Of a DNA stretch of 64,000 nucleotides, positions 58,090 through 64,000 are shown in pieces; positions within the stretch are counted from its first letter, which is position 1; each line of letters opens with the position of its first letter. The notes beneath the pieces are model-generated. The model saw only the letters and a program-made list of their open reading frames with translations, searched no databases and had not been told where the DNA came from. The DNA is taken from assembly GCA_040285855.1 (NCBI GenBank), contig JAUFOQ010000004.1, forward strand, positions 186,001-250,000. Direction: 5' to 3'. A program made the position numbers and the translations under genes. This DNA comes from Eukaryota sp. GEM-RC1 (taxonomy: Eukaryota).

Positions 58090-59874
58090 TTTTTTTAGAT
58101 GTGCTTTATCAGTTTTAGAACACGGTTAGAATTGCTTTCTCGCTACAGAGTTTATTATCGCAAAATTAAAGTCCAGCTCGTTGCGTATTGTGTTGTCTAT
58201 AGGACTAAATGAGATCAACTATTATAAAACATGCGTCTCCTAATCAATTTTGAGAGTTACGTTGCAAAATGGTACTGAAGTATCTTATCGTCCATTTATC
58301 TGATAAGTAATCCCTATCCAAATTACATAGTAGCACTATTAATACTAGCCACCACTACAAGTTTCTTACTCTAAAAATATAACATGACTCTCAATCGAAT
58401 CACAACTACCATTTCTACCTTGTATATGCCTGTTACGCCTAAAAGTCAACAGTTTTTGAATATTTTTGAATTTTGGCAATAGGTAGATCAATTTATGACA
58501 CATAAGCAATATATATACATGTACATGTAGTCTATACATAGTATTATATCTGGTGTTAAACAAGAGGTCCTCTTTTCTTTTGTCTATCTATTCATGATTC
58601 GCTTCTGTGCATTCTGAATAAATATTCAAACCTTGAGATAGCTGTTTAATGGATGGCATCTGAATTATTGGTTCCCTAGATTGATTCAAAAATCAGCTGT
58701 AAAAGTTGCTGATATTTAGTAAACAGTAGCTTTTGTCGTTGAACCCAAAAAATAGTGTAATCATTATTAGACACATACAGTCTACCCTCGATATAGTGCC
58801 ACCCTTGATATAAGGTCTGCCGATTTGTTCAGACCTCATTAACAGTATCATTTGGACGCATGACAGTGAAAACATATCAAGTTTTTCATTCTACAAATTT
58901 GCTACTGTGGACGAACTACTCGTCTTTTGAGATCTACAGATACTAGCAACTCTGATTCTCTAAATTCCTAGTGATCTTTGAAAGAAACGAATAATATTTC
59001 CCCTCCACTCTAACAACGTTACGCAGAAGTCATTTGCTTACTAATGCTCATTTTGGTTGTGATTTTTGTAAAAAGAAACCACAATGCTGTGGAACTCTTC
59101 TTTTTAAGTGGTGTAAGCAGTTTTTCATTTGTAAATCGATTTCCTGATGGTATTTCACTTATTAATGCAATTTGGTGTAGTTTTCTGTTTGACATAAACC
59201 AAGCATCGGAAAAATCTCCTTTTGACGTTTGGTCCCAATGTTTTCCAGATTCTGTTTCTGATATTACAACAAATTATTTGACTAACCTTCAGTTCTGTCT
59301 GAAAAAACCAACTACTGTAGTACAACATAAACTAATAACTATCTTCCAATGCCAAGACACCTATTTAACAAAAGAAAACCTGCATTAGACTTGAGCATGG
59401 CTTCGTAGCTCCTGAAACGGTGAAATATCTGTGTGAATTGATCATCAATGTTTTTAGAATTGTTAGAGTTGAATAAAACGATGCTGTTGTTTTGCTATAT
59501 AATAAAAAATATGTTCGTCATTTCATGTGAAGATTGGTTCACAAAAAGTGTCAGCAGATCTGAACAAATTAATAGACCTGTGTGTACGGGGTTTACTTTA
59601 GTCTATTGCTCAGGTCTACTAATTAACATTCCTGGAAAATACAATGGGGTTTTAATTGAGATTGAATCGCCTTTTTAAAGACATGCAGTACGACAAACAG
59701 ACAGATCAGTTTATCACGAAAACCTAGGCAATTTATGTTGGTAAATCACGTCATGTAATTGAACACGTGGCAATTGAAAAGGCAGGTATTAGAAGAAAAT
59801 CTAAATCTAGTATAATACAAATAGATTGAAAATGGAAAGATTGACAAAAACAAACTAAAACAAACAAAACGTCA

Positions 59875-60513
59875 TCACGAAAACGTCGAAAAGTGCTCGA
59901 GTGGTGGACTTTGAAGCTCCCTAAAAAGATCTTTTTTAAACAGATCAAATGACGTTGAATCCTCTTGAGCAGACGGTATTTCAAGAGGGGCAAGTGATTT
60001 GATCAAACTCAGACGTGGAGATTCCTTTGAAGGACTTGCTGATTCAGAAACCCTCGATGCCAGGGGTGAAGAGTCCTTTGCTGTGGATATAGCTTCATCC
60101 AATGCCTCAATCCAGCTTTCAGGAGAGTCAGGATCCGGAACATGAAACCGAAAGACATCTCCTTCTATGTTTTGAACGTGGAGGAATTGACCAGAAGAGT
60201 AGAATGACTCGATAAAAGAGCAACATAATCGCTGATTGCCAAAGCGGAAGAAGGTGAGAGTAATGGAACAGTCCATAACAATTACAGAAGAAGGACAATC
60301 GAATGAGGGTTCAGTAAGTCCTAATTGTCCAGATTTGAAAACAGTAAACTGACTTGATCTCCATACAGACGCAGATTTTTGTAAGTTCCAAGAAGGAGAA
60401 TGGAAAGGAGAGGGATTTGAAACTGTAGTATGAGGAGGAGACTCATGGATAGAGTAGGAGGGGCTACTTGCTTTGCCATCAAGCACACTAGAAATGTCCC
60501 TCCAAGATGACAT
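59875..60513 (-). CDS. PH-domain-like protein
   Basis: LQKSASVWRS..F pattern and FRFHVPDPDSPESWIEAL helix. Confidence 0.6.
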   Translation of the reverse strand: MSSWRDISSVLDGKASSPSYSIHESPPHTTVSNPSPFHSPSWNLQKSASVWRSSQFTVFKSGQLGLTEPSFDCPSSVIVMDCSITLTFFRFGNQRLCCSFIESFYSSGQFLHVQNIEGDVFRFHVPDPDSPESWIEALDEAISTAKDSSPLASRVSESASPSKESPRLSLIKSLAPLEIPSAQEDSTSFDLFKKDLFRELQSPPLEHFSTFS

Positions 60514-60538
60514 GATTTCAGTGAGGGACAAATTCGTA

Positions 60539-60929
60539 AACAGTTTATTGATGGAGAATACGAAAATAGATACATGTATTATAAAAAAGGCTATGAAACA
60601 CTAGACACCGGAAATTTCTGGTCAACTGTACCACAGTTTTTATACAACTTTGTGAAAATTGATTTAAAAAACTTGGGCATGGAACGAAACAAAGAAAAAA
60701 TCAAACGGTTATGCCAAATTGATAAGTTAAATCTCTTATTCTGAGACTTACACATAGATCCAAAATCAGTGGAAAACTGAGAAGCCATTTCACCAATATT
60801 ACCAAAAATAGAAATAGCAAATGGAAGAAATACAAATTTTGTATATACATTTTGATTGAGTTTAGCAACATCTTTGGAATACAAATTAATTTTACGTTTT
60901 TCAGCTGTTTCGAGGTGATTGATTTAGGT
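60539..60929 (-). mobile_element. RLE retrotransposon 3' copy, family E, with 11-bp TSD
   Basis: ACAAATTCGTA at 60528-60538 and 60930-60940. ORF 60591-60884 contains FLPFAISIFGNIG. Confidence 0.9.
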
Positions 60930-60961
60930 ACAAATTCGTATTAGATCTTCCTACATACAAA

Positions 60962-61012
60962 ACTACTATTAGTAGTAATACATGTACATGTACATGTACT
61001 ACTAATAGTAGT
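60962..61012. repeat. palindrome with 16-bp arms around (TACATG)3
   Basis: ACTACTATTAGTAGTA / TACTACTAATAGTAGT. Confidence 0.85.
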
Positions 61013-61551
61013 GTGATTGCTCAAAATTTTCAAATGAAATTCAATTATGATTACTCTGTGGGGTTCAAGATCATGTCATGTAATAGTATTGTTAATTCTG
61101 TTTACGTCTCTAGACTTTATGTATCTTAAAGAAATAAAAGATTTTTTAATATCATTATGAATCATTAAGATAATTTTAAATACAAGTATTTGGATTCTAC
61201 GATTTATGTCAGAGATGATGCACCGTGTTTCACACCAATGAATTATTGTGGTAAAGGACTTTTTGTTTGATCAATCTTCCGTTTTTATTCGAGCAGCTAA
61301 CCTACAGTACGTGAAAGTTGTTGAAAGATAGTTAGATTGTGGATCATCAAACGAAGTTCACTAGAGTCCGCTAATGAGAACATATTGGTTTGGCATCGAG
61401 AACAATTTCCAACGACCTCAGCATGTTACAACTCTAATTGCTTCAGAAGTGTACTACAGACAAGCAGACGTGAGTCGTCTCCTAGACGATTAATCAACTG
61501 CCAATTTTACACTGTACTTTTTAATGCATCGTTACCATTGATCGCTACCAC

Positions 61552-64000
61552 ATGGGCACTAGCCTTCTTCTCTTCTACTGTTTATTTCTAACATCGCTTC
61601 AGTTATCTTCTACCAAACAGCAGTTCCATCGGTTTCAATTGAATAATCAAGTGTACCTCCTCCCTGAATACTTTGATACACTCCTTGACCCTGCTCCCCT
61701 AGATCTACGCCCCGTACTAAAACAACTTCTTCCATTCTTCAACCAACCCTCTTCTTGTTGTTCCCTTGTTGTTTCTTTGATTCCTGGTGCTTTTCCAGAC
61801 CACCTTGAATCTTTCCTGAAGTCGTACAATCCTACTTATCAAGATTCTAATTCTGTATCTTTCTCTCTTTGCTCTGAAACCTCTTCTTTAACACATATTC
61901 TCTCTCTACTGTCTCTCTTTGCATCTGAACCAACCGTACATTCCATTAACATTCTTCCTTCCCGTGCAATTCCCCACTTGTGTTACGCTAGACATTCTTT
62001 TATGAATGGTAGTCATTCCAGCACTTTCTGTACGCAGAAAGTGTCTTATCCTTTCACTGGTAAAGGTGAAATAGTGACAGTTTCTGATTCTGGAATTGAT
62101 CCCCATCACGTCATGTTTCTGGACGATGACGGTCAATCGTTCTCTGATTTTGACCTACAAGAAGGGAAGGTTTCCAATCACTCTAAAATAGCTCGTTATG
62201 ACACAGTCTCTGGATCACGTCATGATCACGATGGTCATGGCAGTCACGTTTCTGCAATCATAAATGGCAGTCCTGTATCAGGGTCCAATCATCAAGGAAT
62301 AGCTCATAATGCCAGGATTGCAATGATTGATCTTTGTGGTAGTGATTGTTCTACTTTATCAATTCCATCACGTCCTGCGTCAATGTACACGTCATCATTT
62401 TTGATTGGGAGTAGAATATTCTCCAATAGTTGGGGACTTTCCTCTTTGGGTATTTACGACTCCCTCGCTCAATCAGTTGATCAGTTCATATATCAAAACG
62501 ATGACGTCATCATGATCTCTTCCGCTGGTAACTCTGGTAATGCCGGACTCAGAACCATCTCTTCTCCTTCCTCCTCCAAAAATTCTCTCTCCATTGGTAG
62601 CTCCTTCTCTGGCCGTTGGTCTGCTGAGAGTGGGTGTTGTCACTACAATGGACAGCCTGGATGTTGTTCTAGGCATGATACAATTACTAAAGCGTCCAGA
62701 ATCTTTCATTTGGATAATGTACCTGCCTTTTCTAGCAGAGGACCTAGTGATGACAGTCGAATCAAACCTGATTTGATTGTTCCTGGTGATCCTATTGTTT
62801 CTTGTGATGCTAATTCTGGGAATAGACTGTTTTCAATGTCTGGGACGTCGATGAGTGCCCCCTTAATTAGTGCAGGAGCTGCTCTGATTAGGGAAGGTCT
62901 ACGTGATATTCGACCCTCAGGCTATCTAATCAAGGGTTTGATTGTGTTATCGTGTAGGGCAAGTGAGGGTGATGTGTGGTGGGGGTCGTGGTTCGTGAGC
63001 TCCATTACACGTGATGTTCAAGGATTTGGAAGGAGCATTTTGTCAAGGGTTTTGCCGACCTCTGGAATTCAAGAAACTTTAAATTCTTTTCGAAGTGTTA
63101 GTGGTGAATTTATTTGGTTTGCTGACCGTCAAGTCTTGACTAATTCTAAAAATGAAGTTGAATATGTTTTAAATATAAGGAATTCAAATGTTGCTACTGT
63201 TGTTCTGACTTGGTATGATGTTCCTGGAGATTTGTCAAAGAGAAAATCCTTGGAGAATAATTTAAATTTGTTTGTTATTAGTGATCGGTATAGGTGGTTG
63301 TTTGGCAATGATTTTTTAAATTCAACACGTTTTTTTGACAATTTTAATACCGTCGAATCGGCCAATCTTTCTCTTGTTCATGACAATCATCTTCGAGTTC
63401 TCGTTTCTTCCCCTTTTCTTCCTTCAGGAACTCAACGCTTCTCTTTGGCAGTGATCTCAGACGGGGAGGTTGAGCTGCTTGATGATGTAACTCCTTTTAG
63501 TTGTGCCAATTATGAATCACTTGCTTATTGTAGGTCAAAATCATGTCCAGGTGATTGCTCCGGAAATGGAAAGTGTGTGTTTGGACAATGTGTTTGTGAT
63601 GATTTATGGACTGGATTTGATTGTTCAATGAAGCATTGTAATGGAATTGAAGTGTTTACGTCTGCTTCCGGTCAATTTGAATCTCAAATAGGCATGTCTC
63701 GGTATAATCCCAACTCTGATTGCGTATTTCTGATTGAACCGTCAAACAGGGCAAGTGAAATCACAATCAATTTTGATCATCTTGATCTTGAAAACGTCCA
63801 TGATGTCGTTCTGTTTTCCTCCAAAATTGATCTCGTGTTCTCATCATCTGATTATGAACAATCAGTCTCTGGAAGTCTCGAGACTTCAACTTCCAGTTTC
63901 GTTAGTCGTACTGGTTTAGTTGTTGTTCGGTTTCTATCTGATGCTGACGTGGAGAAATCTGGTTTTAAAATTTCATACTTTTCCAAATATTCATCTTGTT
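61552..64000 (+). CDS. secreted subtilisin (S8) protease with EGF-like and CUB domains, 3' partial
   Basis: Frame reads open to the window end (absent from the ORF track). Signal peptide, VSDSGID, HGSHV, SAGNSG, SGTSMSAP, CPGDCSGNGKC..CVCDDLWTGFDC, CUB-like YNPNSDC..FLSDADVEKSGF. Confidence 0.92.
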   Translation, partial: MGTSLLLFYCLFLTSLQLSSTKQQFHRFQLNNQVYLLPEYFDTLLDPAPLDLRPVLKQLLPFFNQPSSCCSLVVSLIPGAFPDHLESFLKSYNPTYQDSNSVSFSLCSETSSLTHILSLLSLFASEPTVHSINILPSRAIPHLCYARHSFMNGSHSSTFCTQKVSYPFTGKGEIVTVSDSGIDPHHVMFLDDDGQSFSDFDLQEGKVSNHSKIARYDTVSGSRHDHDGHGSHVSAIINGSPVSGSNHQGIAHNARIAMIDLCGSDCSTLSIPSRPASMYTSSFLIGSRIFSNSWGLSSLGIYDSLAQSVDQFIYQNDDVIMISSAGNSGNAGLRTISSPSSSKNSLSIGSSFSGRWSAESGCCHYNGQPGCCSRHDTITKASRIFHLDNVPAFSSRGPSDDSRIKPDLIVPGDPIVSCDANSGNRLFSMSGTSMSAPLISAGAALIREGLRDIRPSGYLIKGLIVLSCRASEGDVWWGSWFVSSITRDVQGFGRSILSRVLPTSGIQETLNSFRSVSGEFIWFADRQVLTNSKNEVEYVLNIRNSNVATVVLTWYDVPGDLSKRKSLENNLNLFVISDRYRWLFGNDFLNSTRFFDNFNTVESANLSLVHDNHLRVLVSSPFLPSGTQRFSLAVISDGEVELLDDVTPFSCANYESLAYCRSKSCPGDCSGNGKCVFGQCVCDDLWTGFDCSMKHCNGIEVFTSASGQFESQIGMSRYNPNSDCVFLIEPSNRASEITINFDHLDLENVHDVVLFSSKIDLVFSSSDYEQSVSGSLETSTSSFVSRTGLVVVRFLSDADVEKSGFKISYFSKYSSC

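Noticed and set aside
58776..58820. TA-CAGTCTACCCTCGATA pogo-like terminus (similar starts near 28183 and 40357)
   Set aside because: No matching opposite end in the window, so element limits cannot be supported.
1..64000. Stop-codon reassignment explaining split genes
   Set aside because: TAA, TAG and TGA all end conserved genes at expected positions, and splits change frame rather than reading through.

Overview
This window is eukaryotic DNA from a compact, AT-rich genome using the standard code. It looks like a flagellated protist, possibly metamonad-like (inferred from CYB5D1, a CFAP144-like gene, an IQ/SFI1-like protein and the intron style). About 30 protein genes sit in tight, often divergent pairs: Sec1, ARPC2, ZIP, RCC1-repeat, CYB5D1, TBC RabGAP, TMEM120, SPCS1, DPH1, CstF-64, RING-H2, glutaredoxin-like, condensin CAP-H, LysRS, adenosine kinase, GINS Psf3, RPL18A, a PH protein and a subtilisin-EGF-CUB protease. 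The gene pairs are separated by transposon-rich spacers. These hold six distinct non-autonomous hAT elements with 8-bp TSDs (one nested in another), a Tc1/IS630-type element, a MULE relic, and about 14 fragments of several restriction-like-endonuclease (CRE-like) non-LTR retrotransposon families. Three signals stand out. (1) Eight ultra-short introns of 26-34 nt have GTTTGT/GTATGN donors and a branch A fixed at position -7. (2) Several retroelement families end in oligo(T) rather than poly(A), and some copies lie head-to-tail. (3) About 19 single-base frame breaks fall in genes, nearly all at homopolymers, including hidden compensating pairs; these are most likely assembly errors, but recoding cannot be excluded from sequence alone. 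No tRNA, rRNA or CRISPR array was recognised.
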